Below are positions 24,172 to 36,900 of a DNA stretch of 64,000 bases, in pieces. The notes beneath the pieces were generated by a model. The model had not been told where the DNA came from, did not search any database, and saw only the letters and a program-made list of their open reading frames with translations. How positions within the stretch are numbered: the first letter of the stretch is position 1; each line of letters starts with the position of its first letter. The DNA comes from Phoronis australis. Taxonomy: Eukaryota; Animalia; Phoronida. Both the position numbers and the translations under genes were made by a program. The stretch is from positions 1,144,457 to 1,208,456 of the forward strand of contig NMRA01000063.1 in assembly GCA_002633005.1 (NCBI GenBank), given 5' to 3'.

Positions 24172-24882
24172 CTCAGCGTCTGACTGCTGCTGGGTTAACG
24201 TAGCAAGGAACACAGTCCACGTACCATGATTGTGGCAAGCAAAAACCAGACTGTTCTGTTAAAAATTTGCTAATTTGTCTTTCTGAAGATCACATAATTT
24301 GTCAGACAGTTTCAAATGCGGTCAGCAACCAGAAGTTCAGGGCTGAGGATCATCTTTCAGACAGGAAAACAATGGGTAGGGATATGCTTTTGTATATGGA
24401 AAATCCAGCCCAACACAATACTTGAACAACTGGGAAACTATGTACTCGGATAATACATAGACAATGCCAATATAATGACAAATCCTGCACCCATACAATA
24501 CAAAGGTAATGACAAACTGTGTACCAAAGGGTGTAACATAACCAACACCTACCCTCACTGGGGTTTACCACGACACCTAATACCTGAGTTTACACTACCA
24601 CAAGAGAAAATAAAAAATACATTGAGACGAGGCAAAATACCTGGCCAAGCTGGCAGCACATCCCCACTGACGCCTCCTATTGGATACCCCTCAAGATACG
24701 GAGACGCCACATGACTTCATTGTTCCATCTCAACGGTGTAAAATTAATACAATTACAGACAATCGTGTTTCTGTGCAGGTAGTTACCTAGCTGTATTATG
24801 TAGTGTCACCATGGTAACGATCAGTATCACAATTACCCACAAGTGGACTTGGGTTTCTTGATGCGTTGACACCAAGGCCTTC

Positions 24883-24888
24883 AATAAA
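24883..24888 (+). promoter_or_regulatory. AATAAA polyadenylation hexamer just upstream of the SECIS (possible proximal polyA site)
   Basis: tc-AATAAA-gac; CA dinucleotides at 24909-24912 and U/GU-rich ttctgattgtatg follow. Distal candidates are ATTAAA at about 25089 and AATAAA at about 25232. Confidence 0.35.
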
Positions 24889-24908
24889 GACCCTGGCTAC
24901 AATCCTCT

Positions 24909-24982
24909 CACATTCTGATTGTATGAAGACTTCTGGCCACAGCCTCCTGAGGAAAGCCAGTTGACTGATGGTATTCAGTGTG
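24909..24982 (+). promoter_or_regulatory. SECIS element (type II) in the MSRB1 3'UTR, with non-canonical apical AC
   Basis: Helix I CACA-TT-CTGA/TCAG-TGTG; ATGA at 24923; 12 nt; ACA at 24939; mini-helix CCT..AGG; CTGGC/GCCAG pairing; TGAT at 24966 completes the GA/GA quartet. Confidence 0.8.
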
Positions 24983-26013
24983 CTGTTAGGATGGTATTCA
25001 CTACATTTATTGATGGGCTTCATTCTAAAGAAGGCATATAATTTTAAGTACATTTTTCAATGTTATCATTGGTGTGTGGAATTTAATAATTAAAATAAGA
25101 CATTTTCCTAGAAATTAGCAGTGAATTTTGCTTGTAACACACATAGTGTTATACTAGCCCATATTGTTCTCAGGTCAAATGTATATTGCACAATTTATTT
25201 ATCAACATGTACTTCCTCATTGTTGTATCTCAAATAAATTGATGAAAAAGACATTACCTTGTTTAAAATTCCATCCTTCTACTTTAACAGGAACATTTTT
25301 TGTCAAGCTACAAAATGATTTAGAGGCGTGTACCTGTGCCATTTTTAGCGAAGGTAAGCTAATCAGGGCAGATCACTGCGTTCCATGTATTAAAGCTGTC
25401 AACACATACATTCCCTGGCATGAACATTGGATAAAAACTAGCCTCACACGTGCATGTCTAAAGGTCAAACTGTACTGCCAAACTGTCATTACACTCGGTG
25501 ATCTTGCAGATCTCAAATCTTGATATAACCCACAGTTAATACGTATCTTTACAATATTTGCAAGCAATGTACTTCATTGAGAGGAGACTGCCTCTGTTGG
25601 CAGTCACCATGGCAACATTGGCCGCAATTCATTACAAGAATAACGATTTGCTTTATGCATTAAGTACAGTTGAGTCAACTTTGCGTGGTACTTGTTTACC
25701 AAAACGGAGTCCATCACTTTGGATGTAATCAAGCTATAGAAAACTAAAGACCTGGAAAAAGTCACTTTATTGCCAATAGTATTTGACAAATTGTTATAAT
25801 CTCAATTATTTGTTGCAACACCTTGCTTCCTGCTGTGCATCATCTATCCTACACATAGTGAACAAACAAGATGGCACAGCATTTATCCTCTCCCTTCTGG
25901 TAGCCTTGCAGAGAAATAAAATTAGTAAAATTAATAAAAATTGTTCCTAAACTGGCTCGGGTTCAATTCATGGGTGACTTATAAGTCAACCCAGAGACAT
26001 AGTGAATAAAGGA

Positions 26014-28711
26014 AACAAGATCAACGCAGACCATTGAAATACGCCCACAAATGCACCGCAAACGGTGTGCTTCTAGGGGTGTTTATTTATATCATTAAAA
26101 TGTGGCCACTAGATGGTGAAAAATACATTGACTCCATCTGAAAACTGGTATATATCATCAAAGCTATTTATCAAATTACATAACAAGAGCAACGCAGAGC
26201 ATTGAAATGCGCCCACAATTGCACCGCATACGGTATCCTTCTAGGGTTGTTTATTGGTACCATAAAGTGGCCAGTAGAGGGCATATATGTAGTATGTTGT
26301 ACTTAGCAAAATGGAAAGGCATGGTCATTGTCTCCTCAATAGGCTAGGGGAGAAATGTGAGTAATCTTCATAATACAAGCACATCCTATACACCAGTTGC
26401 TTGAAGCACCACAGAAACATAGAATTAAAAACAAATTTACCAACATACAAGATTAGCACAGCATTAGAATGCCAGAAACAAATTTCTACTTGGAACTTTT
26501 CCTTCACAGTCACGAAGTAACACAAAGTATACACCTGAAGACCTATGAAAATACAGAGGTCAATGTAAAATACTNNNNNNNNNNNNNNNNNNNNNNNNNN
26601 NNNNNNNNNNNNNNNNNNNNNNNNNNNNNNNNNNNNNNNNNNNNNNNNNNNNNNNNNNNNNNNNNNNNNNNNNNNNNNNNNNNNNNNNNNNNNNNNNNNN
26701 NNNNNNNNNNNNNNNNNNNNNNNNNNNNNNNNNNNNNNNNNNNNNNNNNNNNNNNNNNNNNNNNNNNNNNNNNNNNNNNNNNNNNNNNNNNNNNNNNNNN
26801 NNNNNNNNNNNNNNNNNNNNNNNNNNNNNNNNNNNNNNNNNNNNNNNNNNNNNNNNNNNNNNNNNNNNNNNNNNNNNNNNNNNNNNNNNNNNNNNNNNNN
26901 NNNNNNNNNNNNNNNNNNNNNNNNNNNNNNNNNNNNNNNNNNNNNNNNNNNNNNNNNNNNNNNNNNNNNNNNNNNNNNNNNNNNNNNNNNNNNNNNNNNN
27001 NNNNNNNNNNNNNNNNNNNNNNNNNNNNNNNNNNNNNNNNNNNNNNNNNNNNNNNNNNNNNNNNNNNNNNNNNNNNNNNNNNNNNNNNNNNNNNNNNNNN
27101 NNNNNNNNNNNNNNNNNNNNNNNNNNNNNNNNNNNNNNNNNNNAGGTGCCTACATACCAAATTTCATGAAAATCCGTTCAGGACTTTTGAAGATACAAAG
27201 GTAAGCGTAAAAAACTAAAATTGCCACTAGGGGGCACACCGGTAGTCGGATCCGTCCGAAAGTTCGCACATGCCGTCCCATTCATGAATGGAACATATGT
27301 GCCAAATTTCATGAACGTATGTCAAAGGGTTTTGGAGATAGAGCAGCGGATGCCGCCCGGACGGACGGAGACGACGGCATAATGCGTCCACATATAAATA
27401 TGTGGGCGCATAAAAATCCATCAAGGAACGTCTGAGAAACCGAGGAAAACAGAATGAAATTGCCACTAGGAGGCTATGGGCGCAAAAACACATAACTGCC
27501 ACTAGGATGCACCACAGTTGATGAAGTCGGAAAAATCGTCAATTGTCCTCTTCATATATGCCAGTTTTCACAATCATCCTTGGAGTGGTTTGGTTGATAG
27601 AGGGGCGGATGCCAAAAACAGACTAGAAAGCAGTAAAAATAGCCACCAGATGGCACAAAATTTGTCGAATCCATCTGAAAACAGGAACATGTCGTTTCAA
27701 TAGAAAGCTATTTACCAAATTTCATAAAAATCCATCAAGCAGCTTCAGAGAAACAGGAAAATGGAAAAGAATGAAACTGCCACTAGGGGGAACAATGTTT
27801 ATCGGATCCATCTGAAAGTAGTCATTCGTCATCAACTTCATATAAATACACTTGCTAAATTTAATAAAGATGCCGCAGAGAGTTTAGGAGATAAAGCCAC
27901 GGGCGTAAAAAAACTACCACTAAGAGGGGCCACAGTAGTCGAGGTCGTCAGAAAATCATCGTCAGCCGTCCTCTTCACTAGGTCGCGCAAAATACCTCAA
28001 ATCAATCTGAAAACTGGAGGATAGTGTCACCTCACTAATAGATGCCTAACTGCCAAATTTTATGAAAATCTGTAGAGGACCTTTGAAGGTACAGAGGTAC
28101 ACATAAAACAAATAAAATTGCCACTAGGGGCACACTGGTAGTCCGAACAGTCCAAAAGTTGTCATCGTTTGTTATCAACTTCATATAAATACACTTGCAA
28201 AATTTAATAAAGATCCTATAGATCATTTAGGTGATACAGCCATGGACGTAAAAACAAAACTACCACTAGGTGGTGCCACAGTAGTCGAAGTCGTCAGAAA
28301 ATCATCACCAGCTGCCCTGTTTACAGTAAGAAGATACATGCACAATCATCCCTAGAGCAGTTTGGTTGATACAGGGGCGGACGCCAATAAACAGACTCGA
28401 AAACAGTAAAAATGGACACTGGGTGGCGCAAAGTACGGGAGGATAGCTTCCTCTCACTAACAGATGCCTAATTGCCAAATGTTATAATGACAATTCGTAG
28501 AGGACCTCCGAAGATTCAGAGGTAAACGTAAAAAAACTAAAATTGCCACTAGGGAGCACGCAGCTGTTGTCAGCTTCATAAGAACACATCTGCCAAACTT
28601 TATCAAGAACCTGTGAGAGGCTTAGGAGATACAGCTCTGGACGATGGACGCCCAGAAAGAGATGTGGGCAATATGCATGCACATATATATGTAAGTATGT
28701 GGGCACATAAA
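26014..28711 (-). mobile_element. Nested HINE-like copies spanning the assembly gap
   Basis: Two aacaag termini (26014, 26182) and two hairpin termini (about 27385-27415, about 28680-28711). Confidence 0.7.
26575..27143. other. Assembly gap (569 N)
   Basis: Run of n inside a HINE array. Confidence 1.
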
Positions 28712-29307
28712 ATGGATATACCTTGAATTAAATTGCAATGCAGGTATAACCACCTTTAAGATATGGTCTGCATGCAGCCAGGTCATTCAAAAGGCAAGAT
28801 ACTTCCTACCTATTTGGTTAATGTATAAAGCATTTAAACATCTGAAGACAAAGCCACAAACCAAGATATTTCACATTTTTAATTGGAGGTCTTCCTATGT
28901 CACCAGAGATGATTACATGTCAATTAAATGGTCTTAAATGTATTTGTGAGAGTTCTTAGTTTTTGCAAAACGAACAATAGTACTGGACTGTTGGGTCAAA
29001 ATAAACCCTTACATAGGCAATGTAACAAGTTGGCTAAACACCCACCTTCCACCACACATCCTCTTTCCACCACACAAACCAACTTGTCATTTATATCCCT
29101 TACCATCCTGATATTGGTCTCAAATTGTTCCTTACTGGAGCTGGTATCAGCGCTTTGATAGAACCACAAATTCCTTATTGCTTGAGATCAAGCTCTACAA
29201 CTTGTAGAGCTTGGTTTCCGTGAATAACCTTGAAATCACTTCTCATGTGAGTAAGGAGCAAGCTGGCAAGAACAATAACTGGTTAAAATCAAAAGTTGGC
29301 TTGTTGC

Positions 29308-29477
29308 ACAGACTGGTGGTGTATAGCCCCTTCACAATGGACAGACTGGTGGTGTATAGCCCCTTCACATTGGACAGACTGGTCGTGTATAGCCCCTTCA
29401 CATTGGACAGGCTGGTCGTGTATAGCCCCTTCATGTTGGACAGACTGGTGGTGTATAGCCCCTTCACATTGTACAGA
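29308..29477 (+). repeat. 33-bp minisatellite x5
   Basis: acagactggtggtgtatagccccttcacattgg. Confidence 0.95.
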
Positions 29478-30799
29478 CTTCACATTTAGCTACATTTCAC
29501 AGTACACAACGTCAATGCCAGTTTTCCCCAGGTGTCAACACAATTTGAATATTCAAGAAAATCCATTATGTGACAACCAGCATATCTTTGTAGGTCAAAA
29601 TGTCAAACGAATTAAAACAATTAGGAGATGGTTTAGCAAGCACAATCACAGGAAACTGAAGACCTAACAAATGAAATCACCACCATCTAGTACTTAAGGT
29701 TATGTGCAACCTTATTGGTGCATCACTTGTGCATTTACATACAAGTACGACAGTAACTACAGAATTTTACTTGGAAACTTATTTATTTTCTGAAAGAAGG
29801 AACCTGTAATGTTTTAATTGTGACTTTAACAATCTCCTACTGATGTGACCATATCTTTTTTGTAAAATCAAGAAAAAGGGCAAATTGCATCCATAGAGTA
29901 TATATTATAATAATAAATTACGAAATTTCTTTTGAGATATCAATATTGAAGGTGAAATCTCAAAAATGCAGTTACAGTCTTCTAAACAGTTGTTTCATTA
30001 TTGATTACACAAACGCAACATTTGAGTTTTATGTTAGTCCTTGCTCTCTACAGCACCTTACGTTGTAGTAAAAATTGAAAAAATCGTAGTTGTGTTTTGT
30101 AGAACAGAAATCGTAATCTCTTTTCAGCTACTTCTAAGATGTGATACTGTTGGCCAAATTTTGTCATTTTTCTAGTGATACACATAGTCACACCTCGTCA
30201 CAAGATAAGTCATATCAGTTGTCTGCATAAATTATCAGTCATTCATGAAACAGATGATGAGACGATAAAGGTTAATAAGATAACAGCCAGTAATTACAAG
30301 AGGAGAATGTTTCATTTGTACATTAATAAGGACCAAGACATTGTCATACAACAATATAACATTGTAAGCAAAGCACATCTTGCTGCATTAACCTTATCAA
30401 TTAAAGCACTCACCAAACCTAGTGATTTTCTAAACAATCTTTTACAACTCTCGCCCAACAGCCCATAACTGTTTAAAAAGTACTTGCATATGAACCAATG
30501 ACACATCCACTCAAAAAGTAGTACACTGGTGTGATAACACGCAATTTGCTAAAAGAAGCTGCCTATATGCCACACTGCAGAGGTATGGTAACTCTTTCCA
30601 AAAGCTACCAATTTACTCTTTTACAGGCTGATAACCTAGCTGTAAACAATAGAAACATAACAAAATATTTTATGACGTCTCCACGGTAAATAGCAAGTCA
30701 ATAGTCATAAATTTTACTCTGGAGAAATGTTACTTGTTCATCATATTTTGTGCTAAATAAGAATTACCAAAACAGACAAGTGTTGGTTTATGCAAACCA

Positions 30800-30922
30800 T
30801 TACACATGCATGAAGCCTGGTGATGTCCCATAATGCATCAGGTCAGTTGGAGTCTTGCCAAAGCTGTGTTTCACGGCTATTGTTGAATCAGGTGTAGCAG
30901 ATGGTGGTAAGAAGTCATCTTC
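30800..30922 (-). CDS. RRN3: RRN3 last coding exon (EDDFLPPSATPDSTIAVKHSFGKTPTDLMHYGTSPGFMHV*)
   Basis: Acceptor ttttgttgcag|; EDDFL matches the acidic C-terminal motif; TAA at 30802-30800. Confidence 0.8.
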   Translation of the reverse strand, partial: EDDFLPPSATPDSTIAVKHSFGKTPTDLMHYGTSPGFMHV

Positions 30923-33900
30923 CTGCAACAAAACAAAACACCTATTGAAGAGATACTTAATCCAAAATAAAACAGTTTGAGTATTTGAGAATATAAGCAA
31001 CGTGCATCACTGCACAACTTTAAGTGTTTAAAGCCACCATTACCTTGTTTTGACAAGTGCCTACATTGTCACCATCATTCAACTGCATTCAATATCCAAA
31101 AAATGAAAAAAATGTAGGAGAGGCGACTTTAACAGAAAGTGTCTTAAATCCACGTACATGAGTCTGACGTATGAACATACCCAGCATCAGTGTGTCATGT
31201 CAACCAACATGTGCCGTATCCACGCTTCTCCAATGTTCCACAGGAAAGTGAAAAGAACCAAGTGAGGTCAAATACTAAGTTGTCACAAACGCAATGCCTC
31301 ACCATTAGTTATTATACCATAAACTGAGGGAAAACGATCAGCAACATCTGACGACTTTTCACACTAAACACAATGGTAGAGCACTAGTGCTGCGACTGGT
31401 TGTCCCAATCTTGCACACTATGCATCGACCAATAAAATAATGCTCCTAACTCAAGATCATCTAATTAACATATCGTCGGTATAGTATTTATGGGTGTTCT
31501 AATTAGGCAGCTGATCAACTGATGGAATTGTTTTTCGGTGTCTTTGATATGAACTTGCCGGTGATTTTAAGCACCTTAAAATTATCTTATTGACTGATCT
31601 GCTTAGAATAGAAACCAAATTGATGGGTAGATTCTAAGATGTTCTAAAATGTGCTTAAATTGGTGAAAAGTTCCAGAACATTGTAAGTGACTACCAATAC
31701 CAAGGCGTGGCTTAATGACGGTCACTTGAGTTGAATTAAAGTTAAATTGCCGTATCAACAGTTACACCATTAGTCAATAGACAGCAAGCTACATAGACAG
31801 CAGGTTATTGAATCAACGAGTGTAACAGTTGCTGGAAATGTCTCAGCATTTTATCACAAATCAAGGCTTCGCAGCACTGGCTGAAGCATAGAATGGACAT
31901 TACGTCAGACGTTTTGTTTGAGCAGGCTTGTGAACTTGCAGTCAAGATTAATAAAGTGATTAACTTGAACCAGTCTATCAATGTACTGAAAGCTATTAGC
32001 ACTGATCAGTTACAACCTGCACCCACCCATCCATGGGGTAAAACCTGAGACATTAATTGGGTCACGTGATGTTTTTTTTAATAACATTTAGCTAAAAACA
32101 GGTACATTGATAGCAACGGCAGTATCAATAATATGATCAAATTTTATTTGATATAAATGTACAAGGTGAAATCTCAAAAATGCTGTAACAGTTTTCTCAA
32201 ATATCTATTTGTTTTCGTTTTATGCAACTTAAGAGTTTTTTCATGAAAATTGAAAAAATCCTATTTTTGAAAGCCCCCATGCAAAAGTGAAATATTTCAA
32301 AAACAATTCATAACACAGTTTTGGAGAACAATGCATAAACCATAGTATCTCAAAGTGTCATGTGAATCCATTCAGACGTTTCTGAGATATGATGTTCTGA
32401 ATTTAGCCAAACTTGGAGATATTTCTAGGTCCCACAAAACATTAAACATATCAAGTAGCAACACATAGTCAACTTGAAATACAATCTGCGTGATGCAATG
32501 CTAGTCAAACGAAAATTTAATCCTGGCAGATTAATCAGATTGTGGCAAAAAAATCAGTAGGGGATATAGCTAATAATTGAAGCCCATCGTGTACACCTTA
32601 ATACAAACTCATTCACCATAATAATGATGATTCAAGGGCTCTGACAAACATAAAGCAGCGGACACCAAATATTTTATTACTCAAATAATAAAATTCCCAC
32701 TTGAAGGAATGATGTAAATTGTACATGATTAAAAACGGACTAGCACTGTTCACTCCTAGATAGAATCAGGTCTACCAAATTTTATAAAAATCCTTAATCA
32801 AACTAAAAACACATTATGGGAATTAGGTTGAAACACAGTGATGTTAGTAAGGTTTCAAGGAAAATTAAACATTGTTAAAAATTACTGAATTATTGAAAGT
32901 AGATTATAGCCAAGTTGTTTCAGCTTGATCCAGCTGAAGTCATGATAACAGAGGATAAAAAGTTTTAACTTTTGAATAGCATGGGCGAGGCACCATAGGG
33001 GGCTATAGCCCCCCCACTTACTTCACTGCTACACCACCCATGGGCATGGGCAGTGCACACCATAGGGAGCTGGGGGTCTATAGCCCCCCACTTATTTCAG
33101 TGTAGCGCCGCTGGTGAATAGGACTGGTTTTGGTGTAGCATGCGCAAACTAGGGCGCTGATAAGGATGAGCTATTCCTAAGTGAATTTGAGCAACGGATT
33201 TTAGACATTGACAGACATGAGAGGTAGGAATATTTGTCATCTCTTAAGTAAATTGGATAATAATGTACAGGTTGTACAAAAATGTCTTTATTATTGAAAC
33301 CTATGTTAAATGTTTTCATGTTAAAAAGGACTGCTCAGCTCTGGCAAGATTTAGATGTTTTAACACAAACCAGCAGTTGATATTGGCAGACACACTAGAT
33401 TACCAAGGGAAGAATCCATTTGCTTTATTGCATTGCTCTTTAAATAGTTTTGAAGAATGACATGTTTTATTAGAATCCCTGCTGACTATTGAATTGAGAA
33501 AGTGATACATCAATGTAAATGTGAATACCATAGTGTGGAGTATTAGAGCTGGTCTTTAACAAGTGTCATTGTTAAGTAAGTGCTAGGTCTGAAGTAAGCG
33601 TCGGCAACAGGAAAGAAAAAGTCTGACTGCAATTCACCATTTTACTGGATAGTCTAGGGCCCACTGTTAACATAATGCTTGGAAATTAATGTATAGATGC
33701 AAAGCAAGTGTTAAAAATCATGAGTGGAGAAATAGTTGTTTTAAAAACGTACATAAGGTGGACTCGAAGACATTCTCGCACTCATCTGGATATGATTCTT
33801 AAGTAAAACGAACACTGTTCACAAAAATTTTTGTTTTTAAGTATTAAACATCCCATGGAGTTGGTAACAACAGACATCAGTAAGTGAGCACCAGGTCTGC

Positions 33901-36900
33901 AAAACTGCCTCCCGTTGAGTAACGCTAGGACCTCGCTAAAAAGCAAGACTTCGCGAGATTATGTGAGATATTGTCGTGTATTTTAAATGAGAACACGTGA
34001 CTTTGACTAGGTTTTAGCTAGGTCCCAGCGTAGGTCCTAGCGTCTACTGAACGTTAACCAGACACTGAAATATTTTAAATGCCTACAGCAGCACCATCTT
34101 TGAAACCAACTGTTTGGGTTCATATTTTGAGTTGCAACCCTTGAGAGTCAATGTTCATAATGGGGCTATTCAGAGAATTCTCCTCACGATGTCGCTGCTG
34201 CACTAGTGGTGATTGAATTACGCATGCGTCGCTGTCTGCATGTAAACAGCTGGTAAAAAGACGGATTGTTATCAAAATACGTCGTCGCGCAAAGCCTTAT
34301 TATTGCTATTTTCTCTGGAGCAAATCTTTGACAAGTGGTCACAAATTACCAAAAGACCTAAAGTTACTACATTCGTGGAGCATTGCAGTCAAAAGGATCA
34401 ACCAACTGACAAAAAGTTTGTGGATGCTGAAGCCCCTTTCAAGTTGGGAGACTACATAACGTAACTTGGTGAGTTTTTAGCAATCAAGTTTCTATCGACA
34501 TCGTTCGGTGACGTTATCCCCACCAGTTACCCCTCTGAATAACGGGTTTATTGAATGGAACTAAGTGTTTCTTTTCGGAAACTCACCCAGGACTCGGATG
34601 CCGGGCGGGCTAGCAGCACATATTCACATATTGTCTGCCAGGGCCGGTGGAAATGCGCCCAATATAAGAGGTGTATGGTAGGTGACGCTCAGAAGTCAAG
34701 GATGACTTTCACAGCAGGTTCTCTTCAAAGCTATGTTATGTCCAATAAAATTCTCTAGACGAGTGAGTTTCCTTATTTTATGGTGGACTCCACCCCTTCG
34801 ACTACCAGATTAGTTACTGAATTAACCTATTCAGTAAACGTCATAACACTGCATTAGAATAAAAATTAACACCTTGTTGAGGTCAGATGCACATTTTAGG
34901 TATCATGAAAAATACACATTATTAAATCACTTTTAGCCTGTTTCACATAGTTTAATTCAGATCTTAAATAAGACTTGGGTACAAAGAATATTAGTTTCTA
35001 CATGTAAACATGAAGATGAAACGTCAAGTATGTTCTGCCTTACTAAAGTAGTTTTGTCTTGTGTTTTCTTTTATAATTTGTTAATATTTCTCCCGCTAAT
35101 CTGTTACAGGTGAGAGAAAACGACTGAAACCAGCCGCCTGACAGTCTATTTTACCTTTGGACAAAGTGAAAAGCAATCCTACATCATTAACCTGAGAGAA
35201 TCGAACAAAATTCTGAAATTTAGCCCTTGATATGCCTGATTTTGGACTCCATTTCTAAGGAAAATTACAATTGTTTTTAACAATGTTGTTTCTTTACATA
35301 CTTTTCTTGCATGTGGGACTTTTGTTGTGGACAAGTTAACACAAAACTTAAAATTGTTCAAAGGCCTTAAGAAAGCTCTGAAAATAATTACACACACAAA
35401 CAAATCAAATGCAAACAAGGGGAATACTTCATTTTGATCGCTGCACATTTCTAGAGGTCAACACTGAGGAAAACGACAATTTGCAAGCGTAAACACTAAT
35501 CATTTCAGCTTTATACAGAATAAGCACAACTGCACTGTGTGGGGCTTGAAAACTGAGGAAATATTGTGGTTTCAATTATTAGTGACAATTTTACCTATTG
35601 ATGAAAATTTTATTCATCATCAAAGTGCAACATTAACGGGCTTTCTACTAACGATAAGACAATCGATGTAGTCACTGAATGTCATTTCCCCATAATGTGT
35701 ACCAAATTGAAAAGTTTTTACCATTAGCATAAAGCCTTTCTTCTGAAAGGAAAAGTTAATGTCAAAGTGCGAAAGGACAGGTATTTATACCAGATGCTTT
35801 TGGTTTTCATTTCACTAGGATTGAGTTCCAATGACCAGTAGAAGCGCTTGTAAAAAGGTCCAGTTTTGGCATGTGGCTTTCCTTCATGTAATCACATTCA
35901 GCCTCAATAAAGTCCACAAATAGATTCTTGACAGTAAACACAACATCATATCACTTGACTCGTTTTGTGCCCAAAATCTGACCCTGAACTAGACCAGAGT
36001 GTCACTACGTCTTCTTTAGCTTCAATCCAGCATGTTTCTTCCAGGTAACGAAATAAGCTATTGTCCACACATGACTTATTGCCTATGAAAGGCCATCCTC
36101 ACCAACGAGGCTGGCTGGTGTAGCAGTCAGATATAGTCCCTCTTCACACACAAGCAACACGTTGTCTTATGGTAACTTCGTACTGAGATTCACATTTCAC
36201 CAGGGCCACTGACATGTACATTGTGCCATCAAGCACTAATGGTGTGTGGAAATACTGTGGGCCAGAGTAACAAAGCTTGTTCGTTGTCTCCGATGAAGAA
36301 AGTAGGCTTTAACAACAGCTCTACACTGGATGGGAAGATCTTGCTGGTTAGCTGCAGTCAACTGCTTAAAACCAATTTTTGTCCATTCAGGGTCGATGCA
36401 GAAGCGATGCATATCTCCTCTGCACAGTACAAGCCCTCAAACCTAAAAACCAAAGGTCACGTGAAAACAGACATGATAGATTTTCATTTCAACGTGTAAT
36501 AAATTTCCGGAAGACACAGGATAGGGAGTAAACAAATAGTCTAATGTCTTTCACGTAGCCTTTGCCATGGCATTGGGCTTGGATTGTAATCTCACTAACC
36601 AATATCGAGTTAAACATTCAGCATTCATTGATGTAACTGTCACTGATAAACCTTTTAGAAATCATTCCAAACAATAATACTGCTTTGATGTACGAAAACA
36701 TTCCGAGTGCTACGTCAAGTATCGTAACACGCATCGCAACAAACAAAGATTAACCCAACTGGCGACTGCCGTGAAGTCGACATCGGCGAGTATCTCAGTT
36801 AACAGGCATCAGTAGAATAAGCATGGAATAATTGTTAAAATAATCACAAACCTTACCTTTGTATAATGTCGTGCTTACTTTCATAGAAGCATCCTTTTCA

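Noticed and set aside
24226-24290. ATGA-N11-AAAAA pattern near the MSRB1 stop that looks like a canonical SECIS
   Set aside because: No NGAN at the required distance and helix II does not close onto a quartet; the 24909-24982 element fits better
26469-27218. 249-aa and 205-aa ORFs
   Set aside because: Artefacts of the N gap
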